Source: Anaeromyxobacter sp. | GTDB lineage: Bacteria > Myxococcota > Myxococcia > Myxococcales > Anaeromyxobacteraceae | Assembly: GCA_049840735.1 (NCBI GenBank) | Contig: JASGJN010000013.1 | Location: forward strand, 160,001-224,000 | DNA: 64,000 nt | Reading direction: 5' to 3' | Shown here: one piece after another, positions 52,973 to 63,431 of the stretch | Numbering within the stretch: position 1 is the stretch's first letter | Layout: each line of letters begins with the position of its first letter | Made by a program: the position numbers and the translations under genes | Notes under the pieces: generated by a model | Database searches by the model: none | What the model was told of the DNA's origin: nothing | What the model saw: only the letters and a program-made list of their open reading frames with translations

Positions 52973-53017
52973 GCGGGGAGCCAGCCACACCACGCAGGTT
53001 GCCGAGCCTTCCTGCCA

Positions 53018-53056
53018 GCGTCGCACGGCGCAGGGGAGCCCCTGCCCGTGCGGCGC
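53018..53056. terminator. long hairpin downstream of the MBL gene
   Basis: GCGTCGCACGG.GCAGGGG pairs with CCCCTGCCCGTGCGGCGC. Confidence 0.4.
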
Positions 53057-53123
53057 GGGCCTGAGTGCGGGATAGGCCGCGCGGCGATCGGTCCGCGAGT
53101 CCCGGAGCGCCGCAGGACGGCCG

Positions 53124-53151
53124 CGCCCTTCGACAGGCTCAGGGCGAACGG
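53124..53151. repeat. structured REP-like repeat, copy 3 (short form without apical stem)
   Basis: CGCCCTTCGACAGGCTCAGGGCGAACGG. Confidence 0.8.
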
Positions 53152-53378
53152 CTCGAGGTGCGCGGAGGCCCGCATCACAGGCTGCCCAGGCACCCGCGCG
53201 GCTCGCGTCCAGCGGTGCGAGCCGGGCACCCGTCCAAAGGCCCCTGGGCCGCCGTTCCTCGAAGGACTCCCGCGTGCCATCCAGCAACGTCCGTGATTCC
53301 CGAATACACCGTCGGTTTACCCGGCCGGCCGCAGGGCGGGTACACCGACCAGGCCCGCGCCCTGCAAACGGCGCGATC

Positions 53379-53645
53379 ATGCCCAAGGCCGCCCACCTCG
53401 CATGGCTGCTCGCCCTCGTCCCCCTGGGGGGCTGCGGCCTCCTCTTCAACAAGATGGAGAAGGACCAGAACGGCCTGTACCAGGCGCCGTACGAGCCCCC
53501 CGAGGCCCCTGCCTCCGCGGGGCGAGCGCGCCGTCTGGTGGCTGATGCCGCCGCCCTGCGCCGACATCCCCGCAGCCGGCTGGCGGGTGCCCGGGACGGG
53601 AAAGCGGTAGGCGACGCGACCCTGCTCCAGCACGAGCGCTCATGA
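53379..53645 (+). CDS. small putative lipoprotein
   Basis: MPKAAHLAWLLALVPLGG-C lipobox; GC-typical codons in the first half, weaker support afterwards. Confidence 0.5.
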   Translation: MPKAAHLAWLLALVPLGGCGLLFNKMEKDQNGLYQAPYEPPEAPASAGRARRLVADAAALRRHPRSRLAGARDGKAVGDATLLQHERS

Positions 53646-53739
53646 TCGAGCGGCCGGGCCGAAGCCCGTCCGGGCGCAGCGGCCGCTCCGGAGGCGCGGA
53701 GGGACGGCACGCCGAGAGCGTCCCTGGCTGGATCCTCCT

Positions 53740-53789
53740 GGCCTTCGACTCCGCGAGCCCGGTGGGCTCGCTACGCTCAGGCCGAACGG
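53740..53789. repeat. structured REP-like repeat, copy 4
   Basis: GGCCTTCGACTCC-GCGAGCCC ggt GGGCTCGC-TACGCTCAGGCCGAACGG. Confidence 0.85.
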
Positions 53790-53817
53790 ATCGTGAAATC
53801 GTCCATGGTCGAGCGAA

Positions 53818-55612
53818 CTACGCCGCCATCGGCAGGAGGCCGCGCGTCTGCTTCTCCACCAGCTCGGCGTAGTAGCCGCCGCGGGACATCAGCTCGCGGT
53901 GGCGGCCCTCCTCGACGATCCGGCCGGCGCGCAGCACCACGATCCGGTCGGCGTTCACCACCGTGGAGAGCCGGTGGGCGATCACCAGCGCGGTCCGGCC
54001 CGCGGCGACGCGGTCCAGCGCCGCCTGGACCAGCGCCTCCGACTCCGCGTCCAGCGCCGAGGTCGGCTCGTCCAGGATCAGGATGGCCGGGTCCTTGAGC
54101 AGCGTGCGGGCGATGGAGACGCGCTGGCGCTCGCCCACCGAGAGGCGGCTGCCGCGCTCGCCCACCACCGTGTCGTAGCCCTGCGGCAGGCGCAGGATGA
54201 AGTCGTGGGCGTTGGCGGCGCGGGCGGCCGCCTCGATCTCCGCCCGCGAGGCGGTGGGGCGGCCGTAGGCGATGTTGGCCCGCACCGACTCGTTGAAGAG
54301 CAGCGAGTCCTGGAACACCACCCCCACCTGCCGGCGCAGCGACACCTGCCGGAGCTTGCGGATGTCGATCCCGTCCACCCGCACCAGGCCCGCGTCCGGG
54401 TCGTAGAACCGCTGCACCAGCGAGACCAGCGTGGACTTGCCCGAGCCCGAGGGGCCCACGATGGCCACCCGCTCGCCCGCCTTCACCCGCAGCGTCACGC
54501 CGTCGAGCAGCGGCGGGCCCCCGCGGTGGTAGGCGAACCGCACGTCCTCCCAGGCCACCTCGCCGCGCAGACCCACCACCTCCTGCGCGTCCGGCGCGTC
54601 CCCCAGCGAGTCCTGCGCGTCCAGGATGCCGTAGACCTCCTCCACCGAGACCTGGGCCGTGCGGAGCGTCTTGTAGACGCCGGAGAGCCCCAGCACCGGG
54701 CCGAAGAGGCCGCCCACGTACCCCAGGAACGCCACCAGCGTGCCCACCGTGGTCTCGCCGCGCAGCACCAGCACGCCCCCCAGCAGCAAGGCCGACACCC
54801 GGGCGCCGATCTGCACCAGGTTCTGGGCCGCGCCCACCCCCGAGTCCACGCCCACGCCGCGGATCACCACCTCGTTGGCCGAGTTCACCTCGTCGAGGAA
54901 CCGCTTCTTCTCGGCGTCCTCCATGGCGAAGCTCTTCACCGTCACGATGCCGGAGAGCACCTCGTTGAAGCGCGAGTAGATGTGGACCCAGCGCTCCAGC
55001 AGCCCGCGCTCGCGGCGCGTCTGCATGGGGGCGGCCACGCGGGCGATGAGCGCCGGCAACGGCGCGAAGGCCAGCACCGCCAGCGCCAGGCGCCAGTCCA
55101 GCCGCAGCATCACCGCCACCGAGAGGCCCAGGTAGACCACCGCCGGCGCCACGTTGAAGGCCAGGTCCGCCAGCGCCCCCACCAGCCCCTGGATCGAGCG
55201 GTCGAGGCGGGTCATGACCGCGCCCACGCCCTCGGCGCGGTGGAACGTGAGCGGCAGCCGGTGCAGCCGCCCCACCGTGGCCTCGGTGAGGCCGTACTGG
55301 ATGCCGAATCCGCGTTCGCCAGGTGAGCCAGTTGGAGAGGGCCGACAGCGCCTCGCGCGAGAGCCCCAGGGCCACCAGCGCCAGCACGCCCTGCACCAGC
55401 GCGGTCCTCCCGGCCGGGCCGGCCAGGCCGTCGAAGACGGCACGCAGCGCCAGCGGCTCGGCCGCGTTCACCGCCGCGAGCGCCATGGCGATGGTGAGCA
55501 GCGCGGCGATGGGGCCGCGGAACGGGGCCAGGAACTCGGTGGCACGGCGGAGCGAGGCGCGGCGGGCGGGGGCGTTCACGCCAGCCGGAACAGGCCGCCC
55601 GGCCGGGGTCAT
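53818..55612 (-). CDS. MsbA-like ABC exporter (TMD+NBD; apparent frameshift ~55307)
   Basis: TMD followed by [39 protein letters not shown]. Confidence 0.9.
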
Positions 55613-55710
55613 TCCCTCGCGCGGCCCTGCGGCGCCAGGGCGCCGGGCGGCAGCGCCGCCGGCGGGGCGAGGGCCCGGCCGGCCGCCGGAGGCGCCCGGA
55701 GGGCGCCTGC

Positions 55711-56770
55711 TCACTCGGCGAGGAGCGTCGCCAGGAGCCGGAACCGGGGCACCTGGAAGCAGACGATCCGGACGGTGGACAGGAGCGGGACGGCCAGGAA
55801 GAGCCCCAGCGGCCCCCACAGCCAGAACCAGAACAGCGAGCCCACGAAGACCGCCAGGGCGTTCAGCCTCAGCTGCTTGCCCAGGAAGATGGGATCGACC
55901 ACGTTCCCCTGGATGGACACCAGCGCCAGGTAAGATCCCGGCCACGGCCGCCACGTCGCGCACCGTGCCGTACTGGAGCAGCGCCATGGCCACCGGCAGG
56001 AGCAGCCCCACGGCCGGGCCGACGTAGGGGATGAAGTGCAGGAGCGCGGTGGTGATCCCCCAGATCGACGCGTGCTCCAGGCCGTAGAGCGCGTACGCCA
56101 GCCACATCACCGCGCCCAGGATCCCGTTCAGCACCACGCGGTTGAGCATGTACTGCTCCACGTCGCGGTGCAGCTCCGCCAGCGCGGCGCGGAGGCGGGC
56201 CCGGCTCCCCGGCCCGCCGGCGTGGGCCAGCAGCTTGTCGCGGTAGCGCGGCCCCTCGGCCAGCGCGAAGTAGATCACGAACACCACCACCGCCAGCTCC
56301 GCCGCCACGGTGGCCGCTCCCTGGGCCGTCCCCACCAGCAGCTCGCCCCAGGGCACGCTCTCCTGCACCCGGACCTGCCCGGGCTGGCGCGGCGGCGTCA
56401 CCAGCCGCTCCGACTGCGTCTGCAGCCTCACCGCGTGGCGCCGGATGCCGGCCCAGGTCTCGCGGAACCGATCCTGGTAGCTGGGCAGGTCGTCGAGGAA
56501 GGTGGAGACGCGGTCGTACAGGAGCGCCGCGATCCCCGCCACCACCGCCGTCACCAGCAGCGTCCCCAGCGCGGCCGCCAGCGGCCGGGGCCAGCCGTGG
56601 CGGATGAGCCAGGCCACCAGCGGGTGGACGGAGAGGGCCAGCACGGCGCCGAGCGCCACCGGCACGAGCAGGTCCCGAGCCAGCCAGGCGAACCCCAGCA
56701 CCGCCCCCGTGGCGAGCAGCACCTGCGCCCGCGTGGCGCCGGTCCAGGGCGGCTGGGCGTTCCAGCTCAC
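55711..56770 (-). CDS. AI-2E (PerM) family transporter (apparent frameshift ~55932)
   Basis: LVPVALG, FIPYVGP, IQGNVVDPIFLGKQLRLN, WFWLWGPLGLFLAVP. Confidence 0.88.
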
Positions 56771-57871
56771 GCCCCACCCCCCGCGATCCCCAGCTCCGCC
56801 GTCACGGCCAGCAGCTCGTCCACCCGGTGCGCGCAGGTGTGGCGCGCCTCGATTGACTCGCGCCCGCTGCGCGCCAGCGCCAGCGCCAGCCCCGGCTCCT
56901 CGCGCACGGCGCGCAGGTGACGGGCCATCTCGGCGCCGTCGCGCGCCACCAGGTAGTCCTGGCCCGGCCGGAAGAGCCGCTCCGCGTCCTCCCACGGCGC
57001 GCACACCAGCGGCGTCCCGCAGGCCAGCGCCTCGAAGACGCGGATGGTGGGGATGCCGGGCAGCGCCTCCACGTAGGGGCGGCGCGGCACGTGGACCGTC
57101 GCGCGGTGGGCGGCCAGCGCCGCCGGCGCGCGGTGGTTGGGGAGCCACCCGCGGTAGCTCACCCCGGCCGCCGCCAGCGCGGCCAGCCCGCGCTCCGGGT
57201 AGCGGACCCCGTGCACCGCCGCGGCCAGCCCCAGCGCCCGCACCGGCTCGAGCAGGAACTCGCGCAGCTCGGCGGTCCGCTCCTCGTCGCCCCAGTTGCC
57301 CACGAAGACCAGCTCGCCCTCGCGCGGCACGGCCAGCGGCCGGAAGCGGCGCACGTCGGCGGCCTCGTGCCAGGTGAAGACGCGATCCGCCCAGCCGCGC
57401 GCGCGGTAGACCTCGCGCAGCACCGCGCCGAAGGCCAGCACGCCGTCGTAGCGGGAGAGGTCGAACCGCTCCAGCTCCTCGGGCCGGGTCACCGCGCGGT
57501 GGTGCGTGTCGTGGAAGAGCAGGCGCAGGCCGGGGCGGCGGGCCCGCTCCGCCCCCAGCCGCGCCACCAGCGCCGGCGGGTTCCACTCGTGGACCAGCGC
57601 CAGGTCCACCCCGTCCAGCGCCTCGCCCAGGTCGAGCGCCTCCGGCGCGTAGACGCGGACCGGGATTCTCCGGGTAGGCCTCCCGCCAGGCCTCCAGCGC
57701 CGCCGGGCCGTGGTCGCGCGCCAGGCACTGGGCGCTCCAGGCGTCCGCCGCCTCCCAGGCCGTGACGGCGTGGCCGCGCGCCAGCAGCTCGGAGGCCACG
57801 CCGCGCAGGAAGTGGGCGTTGCCGTGGTTCCAGCAGGAGCGGAGCGAGTGGACGAAGAGGCCGATCCTCAC
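56767..57871 (-). CDS. CgeB-family glycosyltransferase (apparent frameshift ~57665)
   Basis: HSLRSCWNHGNAHFLRG, VHEWN, FHDTHHR, WHEAAD, GNWGDEER, PGIPTIRVFEALACG, HTCAHRV. Confidence 0.88.
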
Positions 57872-58998
57872 GGGTGTGCTCCTGTCCGCTGGCGGCACAG
57901 CGCGCCGTAGAGGTCCAGGTAGGCCTGCGCCTGGCGCGCCGGCGAGAGGCGCAGCGCGCGCGCCCGGGCCGCCGCCGCCAGCCGGGCGCGCCCGCGGGCG
58001 TCGCCGATCAGCGCGCGCAGCGCCAGGGCCAGCGGGGCGGGCTGGCCGGGCGGGACGAACCGGGCCGCGCCGTCCCAGAACTCTCGCAGCGAGGGCACGT
58101 CCCCCAGCACCAGCGCGCAGCCGGCCAGCGCCGCCTCCAGCACGGCCAGGCCGAACGGCTCGTAGCGCGCCGGGTGGGCGAAGATCGAGGCACGCCCCAG
58201 CCAGCGCGCCAGCGAGGCCTCGTCCAGGCGGCCGAGCCGGTGCGCCTGGCCCGGCGCGAGCGGCGCGCCCGGAGCGTCGGCGCCGGGCGTGGCCGGGCCC
58301 GGCGCCGGCGCCGGCGCCGGGGGCGCCGGGTCGCCGGCGATCGCCACCGGCCAGGGCAGCGCCGGCGCGGCCGCGGCCAGCGCGGCGGCCCCCTTGGCCT
58401 CGTCCCAGAGGCGGCCTGCCCCCATGACCAGCGGCCCGCCCGGCCCGGGCGGGAAGCGCGCCGGGTCGCGGGCGTTGGGGATCACCCGCGGCGGCGGGAG
58501 CGGCCCGTGGTGGCGCACCAGCGCCTCGGCCATGGCGCGGCTCGGCGCCACCACCGCCGCCGCGCAGAGCAGCCCCCGCCGCACCGCCCGGCGGTAGGTG
58601 TCCCAGGCCGCCGGCGCGGGCTCGCCCCGCACCGCCTCGAACCAGGAGGGCACGCAGGAGTGGGCCACCACCAGGGCCGGGGCCCGGAACGGCAACGCAC
58701 CATGCGTGAAAGAGCCCAGCTGCACCACGTCCGGCTGCTCCGCCCGCTCCAGCGCCAGCAGCCAGCGGCCGGCGGCCGCCACGTCGGCCCACGGCGCCTC
58801 CATCCACTCCAGCCGGAAGGCCGCGCCGTGGTGCCGGAGCCCGGGGACGGCCGCCACCGCGCGCGCCTGGGCGGCGTCGAGCGGCGCCCCCTCGGTGGCC
58901 AGCACCACCTCGACGCCGCGCTGCCGCAGCGCCCGCGCCAGCTCCAGCGCGTACGTGAACACCCCGCCTACCGCGTCCGCGTGCAGGAGCACCTTCAT
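57868..58998 (-). CDS. GT4 family glycosyltransferase
   Basis: ADAVGGVFTY, LEWM, AHSCV.SW, GRLWDEAK, YEPFGLAVLEAA. Confidence 0.9.
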   Translation of the reverse strand: MKVLLHADAVGGVFTYALELARALRQRGVEVVLATEGAPLDAAQARAVAAVPGLRHHGAAFRLEWMEAPWADVAAAGRWLLALERAEQPDVVQLGSFTHGALPFRAPALVVAHSCVPSWFEAVRGEPAPAAWDTYRRAVRRGLLCAAAVVAPSRAMAEALVRHHGPLPPPRVIPNARDPARFPPGPGGPLVMGAGRLWDEAKGAAALAAAAPALPWPVAIAGDPAPPAPAPAPGPATPGADAPGAPLAPGQAHRLGRLDEASLARWLGRASIFAHPARYEPFGLAVLEAALAGCALVLGDVPSLREFWDGAARFVPPGQPAPLALALRALIGDARGRARLAAAARARALRLSPARQAQAYLDLYGALCRQRTGAHP

Positions 58999-59021
58999 GG
59001 CCGCGCGCGCCTCCGCCCCGC

Positions 59022-60035
59022 TCAACCCCCGTAGATCCGGTCCAGCGTCTCCTGCACCGCCACCACCGTCTCCACCGCCGGATTGAAGCCGCCCCCCGCC
59101 GCCAGCCCCTCCGCCCAGGCCACCGCCGCGCGGCCGCCCCACGCGTCGGGCGGCCCGGCCAGGAGCTCGCGGCGCGTGCCCTGGGTGCGCTCCACCAGGA
59201 AGTCGTAGAAGGACCCCTGCACGTTGCGCAGCGTGGCCCCGCCCCGCGTGCCGTAGAAGCCCGCCTCGATGCGGCAGTCCTCGCCGGCCGCCAGCCGCCA
59301 GGAGCAGGCCAGCTGCACCACCGCCCCGCCCGCCAGCTCCAGCTGCGCCGCGGCGTAGTCCTCCACGCGGCTGCGCCCCTGCACCGGCTCGCCGCCGGCG
59401 CGCAGGGCCGCCGCGATCCGCTCCACCGCCGGGAAGCCCAGCACCCAGCCGGCCAGGTCCACCAGGTGGATGCCGAGGTCCATCAGGCACCCGCCGCCGG
59501 AGAGCGCCGGGTCGTCGAACCAGGCCTTGTCTGGCCCGTACGCGTTGTGGAAGGCCAGCTGCACGGCGTGGATCCGGCCCAGCGCCCCGGACTGCACCAG
59601 CCCCCGCACCTGCTCCATGCCGGCCACGTGGCGGTAGGAGAGGTCCACGCCCAGGCGGCGGTCGGCGGCGCGGGCCGCGTCCACCACCCGGCGCGCCTCG
59701 GCCGCGGAGCGCCCCAGCGGCTTCTGGCAGAAGACCGCCAGGCCGCGCTCCAGCGCCCGCACCGCCTGGTCGGCGTGGAGCGCCGAGGGCGTGGCGATGA
59801 CCACGCCGTCCAGGTCCTGGTCGAGCAGCGCGTCCAGCGTCTCCAGCGCGCGGCAGCCCTCGATGGCCGAGGCGGCGGCGTGCGCGGCGGCGGCGGCGGT
59901 GTCGGCCACCGCCACCGCGTCCGCCACCCCGCGCTCCAGGATGGCGCGCAGCCGGTGCCGGCCGATCCAGCCCACGCCGAGGAAGCCGAGCCGGGGGCGC
60001 CGGGGCTCGGCGGCCGGGGAGGTCTGCGCGCTCAC
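59022..60035 (-). CDS. Gfo/Idh/MocA family oxidoreductase
   Basis: GFLGVGWIG, IATPSALH, FCQKPL, SGGGCLMDLGIH. Confidence 0.9.
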   Translation of the reverse strand: MSAQTSPAAEPRRPRLGFLGVGWIGRHRLRAILERGVADAVAVADTAAAAAHAAASAIEGCRALETLDALLDQDLDGVVIATPSALHADQAVRALERGLAVFCQKPLGRSAAEARRVVDAARAADRRLGVDLSYRHVAGMEQVRGLVQSGALGRIHAVQLAFHNAYGPDKAWFDDPALSGGGCLMDLGIHLVDLAGWVLGFPAVERIAAALRAGGEPVQGRSRVEDYAAAQLELAGGAVVQLACSWRLAAGEDCRIEAGFYGTRGGATLRNVQGSFYDFLVERTQGTRRELLAGPPDAWGGRAAVAWAEGLAAGGGFNPAVETVVAVQETLDRIYGG

Positions 60036-60997
60036 GGGGTCACCACCGCCTTCACGAAGCCGTCCGGCCGGCGCTCCAGCGCCTCGAACGCCTCGCCGAT
60101 CCGCTCCAGGGGAAAGGGCCGGCAGAGCGGCGCCAGGTCCAGCGCGCCCTCCGCCGCCAGCCGCGCCGCCTCGGCCAGCCCGGCCCGCTGCTCGGCCGCA
60201 TCGCGCACGTGCGCGTTGACCAGCGTGAGCCCGCGCCAGTTCCAGCTGCAGAGGTCCACCGTGCGCAGCCCGTCCTGGTGGAACCCGGCGATCACCAGCC
60301 GCCCCTCGGTCCGGACCGCGCGCGTGGCCAGGTCGAGCGAGGCCTGCTCGCCCACCGCCTCCACCACCACGTCCGCCCCGCGGCCGCCGGTCGCCTCCAG
60401 CACCCAGGCCGCGCCGTCCGCGTCGCCCGTGGCCCGGACCTCCGCCGCGCCCAGCCGGCGGGCCCAGTGGAGCGCGTGCGCGCGGCGGGAGAGCGCCAGC
60501 ACCCGCGCCCCGGCCCGCGCCGCCAGCCGGATCACCCCCAGCCCCAGGAACCCCGCGCCCACCACCGCCACCGTGTCGCCCGGCGCGATCCGGCTGCGCC
60601 GGAACACGTTGACGGCGCACCCCAGCGCCTCGCCCGGGAACGGCCCTGCGAGCCCGGGCGGCAGGCGCACCAGCTGGCTGGCCGGGGCCGCCTCCAGCTC
60701 GGCGAAGGCGGCGCCGGACAGGAGCGCCACCCGGTCCCCCTCCTCCACCCCGACCGCGCCCGGCCCCAGCGCCACCACGCGCCCCCACCCCTCGTGGCCC
60801 GGCGCGCCGGGCGGGAACGGGTAGCGGAACCAGTCCCGCCCCTGCCACGGCACCAGGTTGGAGCCGCAGACGCCGCAGCCCTCGAGGCGCACCAGCGCCT
60901 CACCCGGCCCGGGCGACGGGCGGGCCACCTCGGCCAGCAGGAGCCGCCGCGGTCCGGCCAGGACCGCGGCGCGCATGGTGGACGTCGCCGAGGTCAT
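60032..60997 (-). CDS. zinc-binding (MDR) dehydrogenase
   Basis: CGVCGSN, PGHEGWG, VVGAGFLG, DVVVEAVG. Confidence 0.9.
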   Translation of the reverse strand: MTSATSTMRAAVLAGPRRLLLAEVARPSPGPGEALVRLEGCGVCGSNLVPWQGRDWFRYPFPPGAPGHEGWGRVVALGPGAVGVEEGDRVALLSGAAFAELEAAPASQLVRLPPGLAGPFPGEALGCAVNVFRRSRIAPGDTVAVVGAGFLGLGVIRLAARAGARVLALSRRAHALHWARRLGAAEVRATGDADGAAWVLEATGGRGADVVVEAVGEQASLDLATRAVRTEGRLVIAGFHQDGLRTVDLCSWNWRGLTLVNAHVRDAAEQRAGLAEAARLAAEGALDLAPLCRPFPLERIGEAFEALERRPDGFVKAVVTP

Positions 60998-62050
60998 TCA
61001 GGGGCTCGCCTCCGCCACCGCCGCGGGGCGGGGGCGGAGCGCCTCCTCCAGCCAGGCGTGCAGCCGCGCCACGCCCTCGCGCACGCCCACCCGCGGCGCC
61101 CAGCCGGTGAGCGCGCCGAAGCGGCCCGGGTCGGACACGTACCAGCGCTGATCGGCCAGCCGCCAGTCCTCCAGCAGCACCCGCGGCCGCTCCCCGGTGA
61201 GCCCGCCGACGAGCTCGAGCAGCTCGATCAGGCTGACGGTCTGGAGCGGCCCGCCGCCGATGTTGAAGGCGCGCCCCGCCACCTCGCGCGGCCGCTCGCG
61301 CGCCAGCAGCATCGCGTCCACCAGGTCGTCCACGAAGAGGACGTCGCGCACCTGCTTGCCGTCGCCGTAGAGCGTGATGGGCCGGCCGGCCAGCGCCTGC
61401 AGGAGGAAGTGGGCCACCCAGCCCTGGTCCTCGTTGCCCATCTGCCGGGTGCCGTAGATGCAGCTCATCCGGAAGACCGTGGCCGGCACGCCGTAGGTGC
61501 GCGACCAGTCCAGCACGTACTGCTCGGCTGCGCCCTTGGAGCAGCCGTAGGGCGAGTGGAAGGCGAGGCCCCGCCGCTCGTCGATGCCGCGGGTCAGCGC
61601 CGGATCGACCGGCGCGTACCGCGTCCCCACGTCGGCGAGGGCCACGTCCTCCAGTGCCCCGTAGACCTTGTTGGTGGAGGTGTAGAGCACGAAGGGCGGC
61701 GGGTCCTCCCGGCGCACCGCCTCCAGCAGGTGCAGCGTGCCCAGCGCGTTGACCGCGAAGTCCTGCAGCGGATTGTTGAGCGAGGTGGTCACCGCCACCT
61801 GGGCGGCCAGGTGGAAGACGGCCGCGGCCCCCTCCACCGCCGTCTCCACCGCGGCCCGGTCGCGCACGTCCCCGCGCACCAGCTCCACGCGGTCCCCGTG
61901 CGTCCCCACCAGCCAGGCCAGGTTCCGCTCCACGCCCGGGCGCGAGAGGTTGTCGAGCAGCCGGACCCGCACGCCGGACGAGAGCAGCCGGTGGGCCAGG
62001 TTGGCCCCGATGAAGCCGGCCCCGCCGGTGATGGCGACCCGCCCGCTCAC
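60998..62050 (-). CDS. NAD-dependent epimerase/dehydratase (CDP-paratose 2-epimerase-like)
   Basis: TGGAGFIG, HLAAQVAVTTS, STNKVYG, SPYGCSK, RMSCIYG, EDQGWVAHF. Confidence 0.9.
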   Translation of the reverse strand: MSGRVAITGGAGFIGANLAHRLLSSGVRVRLLDNLSRPGVERNLAWLVGTHGDRVELVRGDVRDRAAVETAVEGAAAVFHLAAQVAVTTSLNNPLQDFAVNALGTLHLLEAVRREDPPPFVLYTSTNKVYGALEDVALADVGTRYAPVDPALTRGIDERRGLAFHSPYGCSKGAAEQYVLDWSRTYGVPATVFRMSCIYGTRQMGNEDQGWVAHFLLQALAGRPITLYGDGKQVRDVLFVDDLVDAMLLARERPREVAGRAFNIGGGPLQTVSLIELLELVGGLTGERPRVLLEDWRLADQRWYVSDPGRFGALTGWAPRVGVREGVARLHAWLEEALRPRPAAVAEASP

Positions 62051-63165
62051 AGCGAGAGTCCCCGCGCGGTCAGCTCGGCGCTGGCCTCGCCCACGCGGTC
62101 GTGGGCGATTCGCCCCTCCAGCCAGTCCGCCAGCCCGGCCAGCCCCTCCTCGAAGGGCACCTGCGGCGCGTAGCCCAGGACCTCGCGCGCGCGGGCGATG
62201 TCGGCGAAGCAGTGCCGGATGTCCCCCACGCGGTACCGGCCGGTCACCTCCGGGCGCAGGTCCTCCCGCCCCAGCGCCACCGCCAGCCGCTCCGCGACCT
62301 CCAGCACCGTGAAGCTCCGGCCGCTGCCCACGTTGAGCACCTGGCCGGCCGCCCGGGGCGCCACCAGCGCGCGCCGGCAGGCCTCGGCCACGTCGCGCAC
62401 GGCCACGAAGTCGCGGCGCTGCAGCCCGTCCTCGTTCACCATCGGTGGTCGCCCGTTGAGGTAGCGCGCGGCGAAGATGGCCAACACCCCGGTGTACGGG
62501 TTGGAGAGCGCCTGCCGGGTGCCGTAGACGTTGAAGAAGCGGAGCGCCACCGCCGGGATGCCGTAGGCCCCGCCCACCAGCAGGCAGAGCCGCTCCTGGT
62601 CGTACTTGGAGAGCGCGTAGACCGAGGCCAGCGCCGGGGCCTTGGTCTCGGGCGTGGGCACCGGCTCGAGCGCCTCGCCCTCCGCCCCGGCCGGCTCCCA
62701 GCGGCGCGCCAGCAGCTGCGCCCGGGTGCGCTCGGCCGTGACCAGCCGGCCGGACGGGTCGCGGTACAGCCCCTCGCCGTACAGGCTCATCGAGGACGCC
62801 ACCACCAGCCGCTCCACCGGCCGCTCGATCAGCGCCTGCAGCAGCACCGCCGTGCCGTGGTCGTTCACCGACACGTAGCGGTCCACCTCGTACATGCTCT
62901 GGCCCACCCCGACGGCGGCGGCCAAGTGGACGACGGCGTCCACGCCCCGGAGGGCCCTGCGCACCGCCTCCGGGTCCCGCACGTCGCCCACCACCAGCTC
63001 CACCTCGCGGGCCAGGTAGCCCGGACGCCCGGCGCCGGGGCCGTGCACCTGCGGTGAAAGCACGTCCAGGGCCCGCACGGTGTCGCCGTGCGCCAGGAGG
63101 TGGTCGGCCAGGTGCGACCCGATGAAGCCCGCCCCGCCGGTGATGAGGATCCGCCGTCCGCTCAT
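62047..63165 (-). CDS. NAD-dependent epimerase/dehydratase
   Basis: TGGAGFIGS, AVGVGQSMY, SSMSLYGEG, YALSK, LSNPYTGV, GDIRHCFAD. Confidence 0.92.
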   Translation of the reverse strand: MSGRRILITGGAGFIGSHLADHLLAHGDTVRALDVLSPQVHGPGAGRPGYLAREVELVVGDVRDPEAVRRALRGVDAVVHLAAAVGVGQSMYEVDRYVSVNDHGTAVLLQALIERPVERLVVASSMSLYGEGLYRDPSGRLVTAERTRAQLLARRWEPAGAEGEALEPVPTPETKAPALASVYALSKYDQERLCLLVGGAYGIPAVALRFFNVYGTRQALSNPYTGVLAIFAARYLNGRPPMVNEDGLQRRDFVAVRDVAEACRRALVAPRAAGQVLNVGSGRSFTVLEVAERLAVALGREDLRPEVTGRYRVGDIRHCFADIARAREVLGYAPQVPFEEGLAGLADWLEGRIAHDRVGEASAELTARGLSL

Positions 63166-63431
63166 GAAGGTGTCGCCCGCCCTGGGGCCCGCTCCCAGCC
63201 CCGTTCCCCGAGCGTGAAGGGCGGCCCTCTCCGGTAACGTGGGATCACCTGGGGACCCAGGCAATGCGCGACCCTCGCCCGAGCCCTCTGCGACGGCCCC
63301 CGGGGGCCGCTCGGGGCGTGGCGCGCCCACCGCCGGGCCGTGCGCGCGCGGCCCCCGACGCTGCACTTCCCTGCGAGCGAGAGAGCGCGTGTCCAATGTT
63401 TTGGGGCCAATCAAGGACCCGGCCGCCGCGC

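Noticed and set aside
52750..53296. ORFs containing PFALSLSKG / PFDRLRANG
   Set aside because: These peptides are translations of the REP-like repeat, not evidence of genes
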